Below are positions 15,321 through 26,486 of a stretch of DNA of 64,000 nucleotides, piece after piece. The number at the start of each line of letters is the position of its first letter. The first letter of the stretch is position 1. The notes under the pieces were generated by a model that saw only the letters and a program-made list of their open reading frames with translations, was not told where the DNA came from and searched no databases. The stretch is from NCBI GenBank assembly GCA_947455195.1, contig CANGMI010000002.1:515429-579428 (forward strand), read 5' to 3'. The stretch comes from Pseudomonadota bacterium. Its GTDB lineage: Bacteria; Pseudomonadota; Gammaproteobacteria; Burkholderiales; SG8-39. Made by a program: the position numbers and the translations under genes.

Positions 15321-16060
15321 TGCTGGCGCTCATTGGCGGTACCGGACTGTCGCGACTGGCGGGTCTCGAAGTCACGGCGCGTCGGGCCGTACGCACACCG
15401 TTTGGCGAGCCTTCCTGCCCGGTGACCCTGGGCGACCTCGGGGGGGCCCCCGTGGCCTTCATGGCTCGGCATGGTTACGGGCATACCATCGCCCCGCACG
15501 AGGTGAACTATCGGGCCAACATCTGGGCCCTGCGCGAAGTCGGCGTCAGACAGATCATCGCGATTGCCTCGGTGGGCGGTATTCGTGTCGATTGCGCGCC
15601 CGGGGCGCTTGTGCTGCCCGACCAGATCATCGATTACACCTGGGGGCGCGAGGCCACTTTCTTCGAGGGGCCCGATCAGCCGGTGCGCCACATCGACTTC
15701 ACCCACCCGTACAGCCAGTCGGTACGACAACGCATCTCGCAGGCCGCGCGTGATTGTGCGGAACCTCTGATCGAGGGAGCCACGTACGGGGCCACCCAGG
15801 GACCACGGCTCGAAACCGCGGCCGAGATCACGCGCATGGAGCGTGACGGGTGCGATCTGGTCGGCATGACCGGCATGCCCGAGGCATCGCTCGCTCGCGA
15901 GATCGAACTCGAGTACGCAGCGCTGGCCGTCGTGGTCAATCATGCGGCGGGGCGCGCATCGAGCGTGAATGGGGTTCATCTGGATTCGCTGGCCGGCACG
16001 CTCGAGGCGGCGATGGCCCGCGTGCACCGGGTGCTGGCTGCCGCGGCGCGCCGCGGCTGA
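15320..16060 (+). CDS. MTAP-family purine nucleoside phosphorylase (S-methyl-5-prime-thioinosine/thioadenosine phosphorylase)
   Basis: ATG 15320 overlaps the hpt stop (ATGA). [33 protein letters not shown] and GPRLETAAE...[11 protein letters not shown] are MTAP/PNP family blocks. Confidence 0.85.
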   Translation: MLALIGGTGLSRLAGLEVTARRAVRTPFGEPSCPVTLGDLGGAPVAFMARHGYGHTIAPHEVNYRANIWALREVGVRQIIAIASVGGIRVDCAPGALVLPDQIIDYTWGREATFFEGPDQPVRHIDFTHPYSQSVRQRISQAARDCAEPLIEGATYGATQGPRLETAAEITRMERDGCDLVGMTGMPEASLAREIELEYAALAVVVNHAAGRASSVNGVHLDSLAGTLEAAMARVHRVLAAAARRG

Positions 16061-16073
16061 ACGGGGGGACGAC

Positions 16074-16604
16074 ATGATTCGCGAGGTTCTGCGCATGGGC
16101 GACCCGCGCCTTCTCGAGGTGGCGGCCCCGGTTACCGACTTCGGAACGAGCGCACTCCTGCAATTGCTCGAAGACATGCGCGACACCATGGCGCATGAAG
16201 ATGGCGCCGGCCTTGCAGCGCCCCAGATCGGGGTGTCGCTGCAGGTGGTCATTTTCGGTTCGGCCGACAATCCGCGTTATCCCGATGCGCCAGTCGTGCC
16301 GCATACCGTTCTCATCAACCCGGAACTCACGCCGCTCGACGACGAAGAGCAGGAAGGCTGGGAAGGGTGTCTCTCGGTGCCGGGCATGCGCGGTGTCGTT
16401 CCGCGGTGGAATCACCTGCATTACGCGGGCTTCGATGCCGATGGGGTCCGTTTCGAGCGCACGGTCGAGGGCTTCCATGCCCGGGTGGTGCAACATGAAG
16501 TCGACCATCTGAGGGGCGTTCTCTACCCGCAGCGCATCCGCGACATGCGCCGGTTCGGTTTTACGGACGTGATGTTCCCGAACTGGCAGCGGCGCACGCG
16601 CTGA
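16074..16604 (+). CDS. def: peptide deformylase
   Basis: All three deformylase motifs are present: [18 protein letters not shown] and QHEVDHL. ATG 16074 gives 176 aa. Confidence 0.93.
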   Translation: MIREVLRMGDPRLLEVAAPVTDFGTSALLQLLEDMRDTMAHEDGAGLAAPQIGVSLQVVIFGSADNPRYPDAPVVPHTVLINPELTPLDDEEQEGWEGCLSVPGMRGVVPRWNHLHYAGFDADGVRFERTVEGFHARVVQHEVDHLRGVLYPQRIRDMRRFGFTDVMFPNWQRRTR

Positions 16605-16655
16605 GCGTACCTTGTACGGGCTTGCCGACCTCCTGAGGCTGCATCGGTCTTCCGC

Positions 16656-19244
16656 TCAGCGCATCGCCTCGATGAGATCGGTTTCGAGCGAGAGCATCAC
16701 TTTCGGGTTGTAGAGGATCTCGCCGTCGATGAGGAAGACGTCCTCGGCGCGTTCCCCGAGCGTGTTCACGCGTGCATTGTGCAGATTGATGCCGAACTTC
16801 GCGAAGACCCGGGCAATGGCATAGAGCAACCCTGGCCGGTCGCCGGCAGTCACCGACAGCGACCAGTAACGGCCCTTTTCATCGGGTTGCAGTCCGACCT
16901 GCGGTTCGATCGGAAAGTGGGTGAGCTGGCGCGAGACCCGACCGCGCAGCGGTGTGGGGAGCCCGCGCGAGCTCGAGAGCACCTTCGCCAGTTCATGTTC
17001 GGTGAGCGCCATCAGGTCGCGGTGTGCGGTATCGGCGTCGCCCGAGAGCACGTAGAACGAATCCAGCGCGTAGCCGTGACGGGTCGTGTGGATCTTGGCT
17101 TCTATGATGCTCAGGCGCATCGCCTCGAAGCACCCGCAGAGTCGGGCGAAGAGGTCGCGCTGATCACGGGTATAGACCAGCACCTGGATGCCTTCGCCGA
17201 GCGGGGCCAGGCGTGTCTTCACGACAGCGCCGGGGGTATCAACCTTGCCCTGGAGCACGCGGGTGTGCCAGGCAATTTCCTGCGCGTCGTGGCGAAGGAA
17301 GTAGGCCACGTCGAGTTGCTGCCAGAGCGCATCCTTGGCGGTTTCCTCGACGGTGTGCAAGCGCAGCAGTCGCAGGGCTTCGGCCTGCTTGTGCTCGACG
17401 TCCCGATCGAATTCGGGCTTGCCGTGGTCGAGGTGGCGCAGGGTGAGTCGATAGAGGTCTTCGAGGAGCTTGGCCTTCCAGGCATTCCAGACCTTGGGGC
17501 TGGTGCCGCGAATATCGGCGACGGTGAGGAGGTAGAGCGCTGTCAGGTGGCGCTTGTCACCGACCAGACGCGCAAAGTGGCTGATGACCTCGGGATCGGT
17601 GAGATCGGCCTTCTGCGCGATCGACGACATCGTGAGGTGGTGCTCGACGAGAAAGACCACCAGTTGCGTGTCCTCGCGCGATAGTCCGTGCGCGCGGCAG
17701 AAGCGATGTGCGTCGGCCCGCCCGAGCTTCGAGTGATCGCCCCCTCGCCCCTTGGCGATGTCGTGAAAGAGCGCAGCCACGTAGAGCAGCCAGGCGCGAT
17801 CCAGGTTGGCGATGAGGCGAGAGCACTCGGGGTACTCGTGGCTGAACTCGGGCATCGTGAAGCGGCGCACGTTGCGCACCACCATCAGGATGTGCTGGTC
17901 GACCGTGTAGACATGAAACAGGTCGTGCTGCATCTGCCCGACAATGCGGCCGAATGCCGGTATGTAGCGGCCCAGAATGCCGTACTGATTCATGCGCCGC
18001 AATTCATGCACGATGCCACGGTGTGATTGCAGAAGGGCGAGAAAGCAGGCACGGTTGGTTGCCGAGGCACGGAATTCGCGATTGATGCCGAGCCGCGAGC
18101 GCCACAGGCCACGCAGCGTGCGGGCGCTCATGCCGGTGAGCGAACTGTCGCGTTGCAGCCATCGAAAGCTCTCGAGAAGGGCGCCGGGGTGACGCTGGAA
18201 GAGCTCTTCGTCGCGGGCATCCAGCAGGTCGTGCACTACCTGGAAGTGCTCATCGAGTACTCGGGGTGGCGCCGCGCCGGCCATTGCGCCGCCGGTGGAG
18301 GCAGCCACGTTCTGCAGCACGATCGTGTTGAGCTGGCTGACAGACTTCACGGCGCGGTAGTAACGCTGCATGAAGCGTTCGCTCGCGCGACGTGTGGTGT
18401 CGGCATGCCAGCCCAGTTGCTGTGCAAGGGCGTGCTGGAAGTCAAAGAGCAGCCGGTCTTCGCGCCGGCGCGCGAGCAGGTGCAACCGGATGCGAATGTC
18501 CGAGAGGTAGCGTTCGAGCCAGCCCAGACGCCGTGCCTCCGCAGGCGTGAGAAGCCCGTGCGCTGCCAGTTCGGTCCAGCGATCGCCGATCTGCATCGCC
18601 CGACAGACCCAGCGCACGACGTGAATGTCGCGCAACGCCCCGGGAGCCTCCTTGAGGTTGGGCTCGAGGCTGAAGGGCGTGTTGTGGAACTTCTCGTGCC
18701 GTTGCGCCTGCTCGAGGCGTTTGGCGCGCACGAACGCGTCGGCCTCGACGCCGCCGCGACCGACCGCCCGATCGAAGGCCTGGCAAAGGGTGCGACTGCC
18801 GGCAAGCCGCCGCGACTCGAGCAGGGCAGTCGCTACCGTGATGTCGCGCCGGGCCTCTTCGGCACACTCCTCGATGGTGCGAACCGAGTGCCCGAGTTCG
18901 ACGCCGATGTCCCAGAGGGAGCGTACGAAAGTGGCGATACGCTCTTCCTGCACTTCGGTGACCTTCTCGGGGAGCAGGATGAGAAGGTCGACATCCGAGA
19001 ACGGAAAGAGTTCGCCCCGGCCGTAGCCGCCCACGGCAAGCAGCGCACAGCGGGCCGGCAGAGCACACCCGGCCCAGAGCGAGCGAACCGTCTGGTCAAC
19101 GAGGCGACTGTGCGCACGCAAGTAGCGGCGCGGGTCAGGCGCGGCGAGGTACCCCTGGTTCAGTTGAATCCGCGCGTCACGCAGGGCCTGACGCAGTGTC
19201 GGCAGCGCGATGTCGCTCGTGCTCGGTGAGGGAGGTGTCATCAT
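16656..19244 (-). CDS. glnD: [protein-PII] uridylyltransferase / uridylyl-removing enzyme
   Basis: Nucleotidyltransferase GGYGRGELFPFSDVDLL, an HD domain (LFHDIAKGRGGDHS) and two C-terminal ACT domains. I chose the internal start MMTPP at 19244, which clears the map gene. Confidence 0.93.
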   Translation of the reverse strand: MMTPPSPSTSDIALPTLRQALRDARIQLNQGYLAAPDPRRYLRAHSRLVDQTVRSLWAGCALPARCALLAVGGYGRGELFPFSDVDLLILLPEKVTEVQEERIATFVRSLWDIGVELGHSVRTIEECAEEARRDITVATALLESRRLAGSRTLCQAFDRAVGRGGVEADAFVRAKRLEQAQRHEKFHNTPFSLEPNLKEAPGALRDIHVVRWVCRAMQIGDRWTELAAHGLLTPAEARRLGWLERYLSDIRIRLHLLARRREDRLLFDFQHALAQQLGWHADTTRRASERFMQRYYRAVKSVSQLNTIVLQNVAASTGGAMAGAAPPRVLDEHFQVVHDLLDARDEELFQRHPGALLESFRWLQRDSSLTGMSARTLRGLWRSRLGINREFRASATNRACFLALLQSHRGIVHELRRMNQYGILGRYIPAFGRIVGQMQHDLFHVYTVDQHILMVVRNVRRFTMPEFSHEYPECSRLIANLDRAWLLYVAALFHDIAKGRGGDHSKLGRADAHRFCRAHGLSREDTQLVVFLVEHHLTMSSIAQKADLTDPEVISHFARLVGDKRHLTALYLLTVADIRGTSPKVWNAWKAKLLEDLYRLTLRHLDHGKPEFDRDVEHKQAEALRLLRLHTVEETAKDALWQQLDVAYFLRHDAQEIAWHTRVLQGKVDTPGAVVKTRLAPLGEGIQVLVYTRDQRDLFARLCGCFEAMRLSIIEAKIHTTRHGYALDSFYVLSGDADTAHRDLMALTEHELAKVLSSSRGLPTPLRGRVSRQLTHFPIEPQVGLQPDEKGRYWSLSVTAGDRPGLLYAIARVFAKFGINLHNARVNTLGERAEDVFLIDGEILYNPKVMLSLETDLIEAMR

Positions 19245-19291
19245 CGTTCGAGCCGTGCCGGCCACCCTGTGCCCGGGCGCAGGGCCAGACC

Positions 19292-20113
19292 TCAGGCCGG
19301 CACTGCGATGGAGTTCTTCACGAAGGCGGGCACCGGCGGCATGCCCGGTGAGAGGGTCAGCACTTCGTAGCCGCTTTCGGTGACGAGTACGGTGTGCTCC
19401 CACTGCGCCGACAGGCTGTGATCCTTGGTGACGATCGTCCAGCCATCGGCCAGTTCGCGAATGGCAGCCTTGCCGGCATTCACCATCGGTTCGATCGTGA
19501 AGATCATCCCCGGTGTGAGGCGAAGCCCGGTACCCGGGCGGCCGTAGTGCAGCACCTGGGGTTCTTCGTGGAACTTGCGGCCCACGCCATGACCGCAGAA
19601 TTCGCGCACGATGCTGTAGCCATGCGATTCGGCATGGGCCTGAACGGCAGCACCGATGTCACCCAGCGTGGCGCGCGGCGATACCTGATCGATGCCGCGC
19701 CACATGCATTCGTGGGTCACTTCGCACAGGCGCTTGGCCTGAATCGAGGCTTCGCCGACCAGAAACATGCGGCTGGTGTCGCCGTGAAACCCGTCCTTGA
19801 TGACGGTGATGTCCAGATTGACGATATCGCCTGAGCGCAGCACGCGGTCGCCTGGGACCCCATGGCAGACCTGATGATTGACCGAGGTACAGATCGACTT
19901 GGGGTAGGGTTTGTAGCCGGGGGGAGCGTAGTTGAGTGGTGCCGGAATGGTTTTCTGTACATCGACCATGAAGTCGTGACAAATCCGATCGATTTCACCG
20001 GTGGTGACACCCGGCTTCACGTAGGGAGCGATGAAATCGAGTACGTCGGCACCGAGGCGGCAGGCCACGCGCATGCTGGCGATTTCTTCGGGAGTCTTGA
20101 TGTGTACGGCCAT
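19292..20113 (-). CDS. map: type I methionyl aminopeptidase
   Basis: 273 aa with metal-ligand blocks: DIVNLDITVIKDGFHGD, FCGHGVG, FTIEPM and WEHTVLVT. Confidence 0.95.
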   Translation of the reverse strand: MAVHIKTPEEIASMRVACRLGADVLDFIAPYVKPGVTTGEIDRICHDFMVDVQKTIPAPLNYAPPGYKPYPKSICTSVNHQVCHGVPGDRVLRSGDIVNLDITVIKDGFHGDTSRMFLVGEASIQAKRLCEVTHECMWRGIDQVSPRATLGDIGAAVQAHAESHGYSIVREFCGHGVGRKFHEEPQVLHYGRPGTGLRLTPGMIFTIEPMVNAGKAAIRELADGWTIVTKDHSLSAQWEHTVLVTESGYEVLTLSPGMPPVPAFVKNSIAVPA

Positions 20114-20208
20114 GGGGCGTCAACGGCGCAGGTGCCGGGCGGTTGCAGTCGGACCGGAAATGGTAACCGAGAACCTGCGCGGGTGCGGGGTCGGGCACGC
20201 ACAAGCCA

Positions 20209-20238
20209 TTGAAAAGCGGCACCAAAGCATCGTATACT
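20209..20238 (+). promoter_or_regulatory. candidate sigma70 promoter of rpsB-tsf
   Basis: TTGAAA (20209-20214), an 18-nt spacer, then TATACT (20233-20238). It lies about 165 nt upstream of the rpsB ATG. Confidence 0.5.
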
Positions 20239-20401
20239 CGCGGGCTATCTGCGGGAACTGCCCGCAGTCGGGAGTCGCGGAGCCCGTTCAACTCCGACTC
20301 GCCCGCCGGCCCCTTGGGGTGAGCCTGCCCGATGCCCTCGCACCGTGCAATGCTCGACTGGACCGTGCGGCAGACCCAACCCTGAGAAAGGATAGACCCT
20401 G

Positions 20402-21139
20402 ATGTCAGTCAACATGCGCGACATGCTCGAGGCCGGTGTGCACTTCGGCCACCAGACCCGGTTCTGGAATCCCAAGATGGCACCCTACATCTTCGGGCAT
20501 CGCAACAAGATCCACATCATCAACCTCGAGCAGACCCTGGCCATGTACCAGGAGGCGATGAAGTTCGCCCGCAAGGTCGCCTCGAACAAGGGCACCATCC
20601 TGTTCGTGGGCACCAAACGCCAGGCGCGCGAGATTGTTGCCGAGGAAGCGCGCCGTGCTGGCGCCCCTTACGTCGATCACCGCTGGCTGGGTGGCATGCT
20701 CACCAACTTCAAGACGGTGCGTCAGTCGATCAAGCGTCTGAAGGACATGCTCGCCCTCATCGAAGACGGCGGCATCGAGAAGCTCCCGAAGAAGGAAGCG
20801 CTCTCGTTCCAGCGCGATCTCGACAAGCTCAATCGCAGCCTGGGCGGCATCAAGGACCTCGAGCGTCTGCCTGACGCCATTTTCATCATCGACGTCGGCT
20901 ATCAGAAGGGTGCAGTCGAGGAAGCCGGCAAGCTTGGCATCCCGGTCATCGGCGTGGTCGATACCAATCACTCGCCCGATGGCATCTCCTACGTGATTCC
21001 CGGCAATGATGATTCGAGCCGCGCGATCCGCCTCTACGCGGGCGGCGTGGCCGATGCGATTCTGGCCGGTCGCGAGCAGACGCTGCAGGAAGTCGTCGAA
21101 GCGGTGTCCGACGAGTTCGTCGAGGTCGCCGAGGGCTGA
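20402..21139 (+). CDS. rpsB: 30S ribosomal protein S2
   Basis: [19 protein letters not shown]..., [21 protein letters not shown]. Confidence 0.97.
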   Translation: MSVNMRDMLEAGVHFGHQTRFWNPKMAPYIFGHRNKIHIINLEQTLAMYQEAMKFARKVASNKGTILFVGTKRQAREIVAEEARRAGAPYVDHRWLGGMLTNFKTVRQSIKRLKDMLALIEDGGIEKLPKKEALSFQRDLDKLNRSLGGIKDLERLPDAIFIIDVGYQKGAVEEAGKLGIPVIGVVDTNHSPDGISYVIPGNDDSSRAIRLYAGGVADAILAGREQTLQEVVEAVSDEFVEVAEG

Positions 21140-21170
21140 TCGTCCGGGTCATTTGCTGAAACACAATCGA

Positions 21171-21196
21171 AAGGGGCGTTCAGCGCCCCTTTTTTT
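21171..21196 (+). terminator. intrinsic terminator/attenuator between rpsB and tsf
   Basis: GGGGCG (21173-21178) pairs with CGCCCC (21184-21189) and is followed by T7 (21190-21196). Confidence 0.75.
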
Positions 21197-21208
21197 GGGA
21201 GCTGTCGC

Positions 21209-22084
21209 ATGGCCGAAATCACGGCAGGAATGGTCAAGGAACTTCGCGAGCGCACCGGGCTCGGGATGATGGAATGCAAGAAGGCGCTCGAGGAAGCGGC
21301 GGGTGATTCGGGCAAGGCCGAAGAGTTGCTGCGCATTCGCAGCGGTGCCAAGGCGAGCAAGGCAGCGGGTCGTATCGCAGCCGAGGGCGTCATCGGGCAG
21401 TACGCGTCGGCCGACGGCAAGCTGGCTGCGATGGTCGAAATCAACTGCGAAACCGACTTCGTGGCGAAGAACGAGGACTTCCTCGCCTTCGCGCGCATGC
21501 TGGCCGAGCGTGTCGCCACTGACGCGCCGGCCGACCTGGCAGCGCTCGCCGCGATCGAAGTGGACGGTGAGTCCATCGAGTCGCGTCGCCAGAAACTGGT
21601 GCAGAAGATTGGCGAGAACCTGAGCATCCGGCGCTTCGAGCGCATGCAGAGTGCCGCTCGCGTGGCCTCCTACCTGCACGGCGTGCGCATCGGCGTCCTC
21701 GTCGACATCGATGGCGATGAGGCGACTGGCAAGGATCTGGCAATGCACATTGCCTTCTCCAAGCCGCAATTCATGAGCCGCGACGAAGTCGACGCCGGCA
21801 CCATCGCGCGTGAACGCGACATTCTTGCGGCGCGCGCAGCCGAGTCGGGCAAACCCGCAGACATCGTCACGAAGATGGTCGAGGGCGGCATCAACAAGTT
21901 TCTCGCCGACATCACGCTGCTTGGTCAACCTTTCGTGAAGGACGACAAGCTCACGATCGAGAAGATGCTGGCAGCGCGCAAGGCCAGACTCAATCGGTAT
22001 CGCTTCTTCGTGGTCGGCGAGGGTATCGAGAAGAAGCAGGAAGACTTCGCTGAAGAAGTGCGCAAGCAGGCGCAGCGTCAGTAG
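21209..22084 (+). CDS. tsf: translation elongation factor Ts
   Basis: [29 protein letters not shown] (UBA-like N-terminus) and [13 protein letters not shown]. Confidence 0.97.
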   Translation: MAEITAGMVKELRERTGLGMMECKKALEEAAGDSGKAEELLRIRSGAKASKAAGRIAAEGVIGQYASADGKLAAMVEINCETDFVAKNEDFLAFARMLAERVATDAPADLAALAAIEVDGESIESRRQKLVQKIGENLSIRRFERMQSAARVASYLHGVRIGVLVDIDGDEATGKDLAMHIAFSKPQFMSRDEVDAGTIARERDILAARAAESGKPADIVTKMVEGGINKFLADITLLGQPFVKDDKLTIEKMLAARKARLNRYRFFVVGEGIEKKQEDFAEEVRKQAQRQ

Positions 22085-22170
22085 CGTGTCCGTCCGGTTG
22101 CGGGCGACCATCCGGAGTCGCCCGCCGCCAGGAGGTCTGGCCCAGATCAACGTGCAGGATCGATGAGCGG

Positions 22171-22893
22171 TTGCCCATGAACGAGCCCAGGTACAAGCGG
22201 ATACTCCTCAAACTCTCCGGCGAAGCCCTGATGGGTGATGATGCGTTTGGCATCAACCGCGGCACGATCGAGTGGATCGTGCGCGAAGTGGCTGCCGTGG
22301 TGGCCCTCGGGGTCGAGGTTGGCGTCGTGATCGGGGGCGGCAACATCTTCCGGGGCGTTGCTCTGGGGGCTTCCGGCATGGATCGCGCCACGGCCGATTA
22401 CGTCGGCATGCTCGCGACCATCATGAACGCGCTTGCGCTGCAGGATGTGATGCGCCATGAAGGGCTCAATGTTCGCGTGCAGTCGGCGCTCAATGTCGAA
22501 CCGGTCGTCGAGCCCTACATTCGCGGCAAGGCGATCCGCTACCTCGAGGAAGGCAAGGTGGTGGTCTTCGCGGCTGGTACCGGCAATCCGTTCTTCACCA
22601 CTGACACGGCCGCTGCACTGCGGGGTCGCGAGATCGAGGCCGAGGTCGTGTTGAAGGCTACCAAGGTCGATGGTGTCTACACCGCCGACCCGAAGAAGGA
22701 CCCCACGGCCACGCGCTACGAGACCGTGAGCTTCGATGAAGCCATCTCGCGCCACCTGGGTGTGATGGATGCCACCGCGCTTGCGCTCTGCCGTGATCAG
22801 CGCCTGCCGATCATCGTATTCAGCATCTTCAAGCCAGGTGCCCTGCGGCGCGTGGTGATGGGAGAGTCCGAGGGGACTCTGGTGCACAATTAG
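22171..22893 (+). CDS. pyrH: UMP kinase
   Basis: [46 protein letters not shown]. Confidence 0.97.
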   Translation: MPMNEPRYKRILLKLSGEALMGDDAFGINRGTIEWIVREVAAVVALGVEVGVVIGGGNIFRGVALGASGMDRATADYVGMLATIMNALALQDVMRHEGLNVRVQSALNVEPVVEPYIRGKAIRYLEEGKVVVFAAGTGNPFFTTDTAAALRGREIEAEVVLKATKVDGVYTADPKKDPTATRYETVSFDEAISRHLGVMDATALALCRDQRLPIIVFSIFKPGALRRVVMGESEGTLVHN

Positions 22894-22917
22894 TCTCACC
22901 ACAGCACAGGAACCGCC

Positions 22918-23481
22918 ATGGCCACGATTGCCGAGACCAAGCAGGCAACAGAACAGAAGATGCAGAAGTCGATCGAGGCCCTGCGCAACGACCTTGGCAA
23001 GATTCGCACCGGTCGTGCGCACTCGGGGCTGCTCGATCACGTGATGGTCGACTACTACGGCACCATGACCGCCATTCCGCAGGTGGCCAACGTGTCGCTG
23101 GCCGATGCGCGCACGATCACCGTGCAGCCTTGGGAAAAGAAGATGACGGCCGCCATCGAGAAGGCCATTCGCGAGTCCGATCTGGGGCTCAACCCCTCGA
23201 CTCAGGGTGATCTGGTTCGCGTGCCGATGCCCCCGCTCACGGAAGAGCGCCGTCGCGACATGGCCAAGATCGTCAAGACGGAAGGCGAAAATGCCAAGGT
23301 GGCGATCCGCAATCAGCGTCGAGATGCCAATTCGGCGCTGAAGGACGCGCTGAAGGCAAAGACCATTGCCGAGGATGAAGAGCGTCGTGCCCAGGACGAC
23401 GTGCAGAAACTCACCGACCGGTTCATCGCCGAAGTGGACAAGCTGGTTCAGGCGAAAGAGCAGGAACTCCTCACGGTCTGA
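22918..23481 (+). CDS. frr: ribosome recycling factor
   Basis: 187 aa with [19 protein letters not shown] and [15 protein letters not shown]. Confidence 0.97.
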   Translation: MATIAETKQATEQKMQKSIEALRNDLGKIRTGRAHSGLLDHVMVDYYGTMTAIPQVANVSLADARTITVQPWEKKMTAAIEKAIRESDLGLNPSTQGDLVRVPMPPLTEERRRDMAKIVKTEGENAKVAIRNQRRDANSALKDALKAKTIAEDEERRAQDDVQKLTDRFIAEVDKLVQAKEQELLTV

Positions 23482-23507
23482 GCGCTCCGGGCGCCAGGGA
23501 GAATCGC

Positions 23508-24353
23508 GTGCATGTGAGTTCGACCCAGGCGATACCGCCGGTCGGTCTGGTCCCGCGCCATGTGGCAGTGATCATGGACGGCAACGGGCGATGGGCGAAG
23601 CGGCGCTTCCTGCCGCGTGTGGCCGGCCATCGGCGCGGCGTCGAGTCGGTGCGTGCACTCGTGCGTGCCTGTCTCGAGCGGGGCGTGGAGTACCTCACGC
23701 TGTTTGCGTTCAGTTCCGAGAACTGGCGGCGGCCGCCCGAAGAGGTGGGGGTGCTCACCGGGCTGCTGCGCTCGGCGCTGGCCGATGAGGCCGAGCGGCT
23801 GCATCGCAACGGCATCCGTCTGAAGGTGGTGGGTGACGTGGCCGCGTTCGGCGACACGCTGGTCGAGGCTATCGACCGTGCCGAGGCCCTCACGGCCGAC
23901 AACCGCCGCCTCACCCTGACCGTGGCTGCCAATTACGGTGGGCGCTGGGATCTGATGCAGGCGTTCAATCAACTCGCCACACGCCATCCTGAGCGCGCCG
24001 GGCACTGGAGTGAGCGCGATCTGGCGCCGTACCTTTCGATGCATTATGCGCCCGAACCCGACCTCTTCATTCGCACCGGAGGCGAGGAGCGGATCAGCAA
24101 CTTCCTGCTGTGGCAACTCGCCTACACCGAACTCTATTTCACCGAAGTCGTCTGGCCCGACTTCGACGCGGCCGAGTTCGATCGTGCGATCGAGTCCTAT
24201 CGGAAGCGAGAGCGCCGCTTCGGGCGTACCAGCGAACAGTTGCATGCCGATGAGGCTGCTGCTCGTCTCGCTGCGGCTGGCCATGCAGGGGCGGCTGCCG
24301 AAGGGGGCGGTGCAGGCGTTGCGGCTGACCTCTCGCCCGCCAATCCGCGCTGA
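23508..24353 (+). CDS. uppS: isoprenyl transferase (undecaprenyl diphosphate synthase)
   Basis: [27 protein letters not shown] and [23 protein letters not shown], plus an extra Ala/Gly-rich C-terminal tail. Confidence 0.93.
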   Translation: MHVSSTQAIPPVGLVPRHVAVIMDGNGRWAKRRFLPRVAGHRRGVESVRALVRACLERGVEYLTLFAFSSENWRRPPEEVGVLTGLLRSALADEAERLHRNGIRLKVVGDVAAFGDTLVEAIDRAEALTADNRRLTLTVAANYGGRWDLMQAFNQLATRHPERAGHWSERDLAPYLSMHYAPEPDLFIRTGGEERISNFLLWQLAYTELYFTEVVWPDFDAAEFDRAIESYRKRERRFGRTSEQLHADEAAARLAAAGHAGAAAEGGGAGVAADLSPANPR

Positions 24354-24423
24354 GTTGCCAGACCGACATGCCGCGACAGCCAGGGCCGGTGGCCTCTGAA
24401 CCAACCATGATCGGTCACCCGCA

Positions 24424-25290
24424 GTGTTGCTGACCCGAATCTTCTCGGCGCTCGTCATGGGCCTCGTGCTCGCCGTGGCGCTGTTCGGGGTGGGCGAGGA
24501 AGGCTGGGCATTGGCGATGCTGGTGCTCACGGGCATCGGGGCCTGGGAATGGGCGGCGCTCGCCGGATTCACACACCGTGCGCGGCTTGCGGCAACGCTC
24601 CTCGTCGTGGTGTGCTGTGTACTGGCCGGGCTCTGGTGCGGCGTACCTGAGAGCATCGTGTCGGGGTTGAGACCAGAGCTTGCGGGCGCCAGTGGCGGTC
24701 AGCGTCGTCGGGTGCTCTGCCTGCTCGGTGTGGGTGCGCTCTTCTGGTGTGTGATCGTGCCTGGCTGGCTGTGGCGATTGCCGCAACAGGTGTCCTCGGT
24801 GGTGCTCTTCGCGATGGCCCTTCCGGCACTGGTCCCGGCCTGGCTTGCCACCGTGGTCCTGCGCTCGCAAGGGGCAGGGTGCCTGCTCGGCGCGATGGCC
24901 ATCGTGTGGATCGCCGACACGAGCGGCTACGGATTCGGGCGCTGGCTGGGACGTCACAAGCTCGCGCCGCGGGTGAGTCCGGGCAAGACCTGGGAAGGGG
25001 TGCTCGGCGGGCTTGCGATGCTTCTCGTCTACGGGCTCTGGCTGGTGCTCGGGCCCGCCGCAGCGGCACTCGAGCCAGCGGGTCTCGCGGGCGCACTGGC
25101 TGGTATCCTGTTTCTGGGAGCGGTCAGCGTGGAGGGCGATCTCTTCGAGTCGAGTCTCAAGCGACGAGCCGGCGTCAAGGACAGCGGGTCGCTCATACCC
25201 GGTCATGGCGGTGTTCTCGATCGGCTCGATGCACAGTTCTCGACACTGCCGCTGGCTGCCCTGCTTCTTCATCTTTCGGGAGTACTCTGA
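24424..25290 (+). CDS. cdsA: phosphatidate cytidylyltransferase
   Basis: Polytopic membrane protein with the CdsA signature SLKRRAGVKDSGSLIPGHGGVLDRLD. GTG start. Confidence 0.9.
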   Translation: MLLTRIFSALVMGLVLAVALFGVGEEGWALAMLVLTGIGAWEWAALAGFTHRARLAATLLVVVCCVLAGLWCGVPESIVSGLRPELAGASGGQRRRVLCLLGVGALFWCVIVPGWLWRLPQQVSSVVLFAMALPALVPAWLATVVLRSQGAGCLLGAMAIVWIADTSGYGFGRWLGRHKLAPRVSPGKTWEGVLGGLAMLLVYGLWLVLGPAAAALEPAGLAGALAGILFLGAVSVEGDLFESSLKRRAGVKDSGSLIPGHGGVLDRLDAQFSTLPLAALLLHLSGVL

Positions 25291-26486
25291 TGTCTGCGGT
25301 GCGTGGCGTCGCCCTTCTGGGCGCAACCGGCTCGATCGGTCGCAGCACCTTGTCGGTGCTGCGCCAGCACCCCGATCGGTTCTGCCTGGTCAGTGCCACC
25401 GCGCATGGGCGCAGTGCCGAACTCGTGGACATCTGCGCCGAATTCAAACCCGAACTCGCCGTGTGCCGTTCGGCGGATGAGGCGGCGGCGCTCTGCGGCC
25501 CGATTCGTGCAGTGAGTCCGGGCACGCAGGTCGATCATGGCGCGGCCGCGCTGGCGGCGGCCGCGAGTCACCCGGCGGCCGAGAGCGTGATGGCTGCGAT
25601 CGTGGGCGGTGCGGGTCTTGCGCCGACGCTTGCTGCAGTGCGTGCCGGCAAACGGGTGTTGCTGGCGAACAAGGAGTCGCTCGTGCTCGCCGGTGGCCTC
25701 TTCATCGAGGCGGTCCGGGCTCACGGTGCAGTGCTTCTGCCGATCGACAGCGAGCACAATGCAATCTTCCAGTGTCTGCCTGCCATGGACGGCGGCGGGC
25801 GCGGGCTTGTCGGTGGGGTGCGCAGCATCCTGCTCACCGGTTCGGGGGGGCCGTTTCGTACCCGTGCGCGCGCCGATCTGGCAGCCGTCACGCCAGACGA
25901 AGCCTGCGCTCATCCGATCTGGAGCATGGGGCGCAAGATATCGGTCGACTCGGCGACGATGATGAACAAGGCCCTCGAGATCATCGAAGCCCACTGGCTC
26001 TTTGCGGCACCGGCCGAGCGCATTCGCGTGGTCATTCATCCGCAGAGCGTCATTCATTCGATGGTCGAGTATGACGACGGTTCCGTGATCGCCCAGTTGG
26101 GACAGCCTGACATGAGAACCCCGATCGCCCATGCGCTGGCCCATCCGGATCGCATCGATGCGGGGGTGAAGCGCCTGGACCTTGCTGCCATTGGCACCCT
26201 GGGTTTTGCCGAGCCCGACTTCGAGCGTTTTCCGGCGCTGCGTCTGGCCTATGAGGTACTTGCCACGGGCGGCACCGCTGGTGCGCTCTTCAACGCGGCC
26301 AATGAAGTGGCCGTCGAAGGGTTTCTCGCAGGCCGGCTGCGCTTTGATGCGATCGAACCGGTGATTGAATCGGTACTGCAGGCCATTCCCGCCGAACCGG
26401 TGACCACGCTCGAAGTCGCGCTCGAAGCCGATCGGCGTGCGCGGGTAGAGGCTGCTCGCCTGATGGCCGAGCACTTCGCCTCGTGA
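25290..26486 (+). CDS. dxr: 1-deoxy-D-xylulose-5-phosphate reductoisomerase
   Basis: ATG 25290 overlaps the cdsA stop. LLGATGSIGRSTL, LANKESLV, PIDSEHNAIFQC and HPIWSMGRKISVDSATMMNKALE are present. The upstream part of track ORF 24747.. is an out-of-context extension. Confidence 0.95.
   Translation: MSAVRGVALLGATGSIGRSTLSVLRQHPDRFCLVSATAHGRSAELVDICAEFKPELAVCRSADEAAALCGPIRAVSPGTQVDHGAAALAAAASHPAAESVMAAIVGGAGLAPTLAAVRAGKRVLLANKESLVLAGGLFIEAVRAHGAVLLPIDSEHNAIFQCLPAMDGGGRGLVGGVRSILLTGSGGPFRTRARADLAAVTPDEACAHPIWSMGRKISVDSATMMNKALEIIEAHWLFAAPAERIRVVIHPQSVIHSMVEYDDGSVIAQLGQPDMRTPIAHALAHPDRIDAGVKRLDLAAIGTLGFAEPDFERFPALRLAYEVLATGGTAGALFNAANEVAVEGFLAGRLRFDAIEPVIESVLQAIPAEPVTTLEVALEADRRARVEAARLMAEHFAS

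Noticed and set aside
24747-25289. N-terminal 181-codon extension of the dxr ORF in the track
   Set aside because: It lies inside cdsA in another frame. The conserved Dxr N-terminus (LLGATGSIG) follows ATG 25290, which overlaps the cdsA stop.
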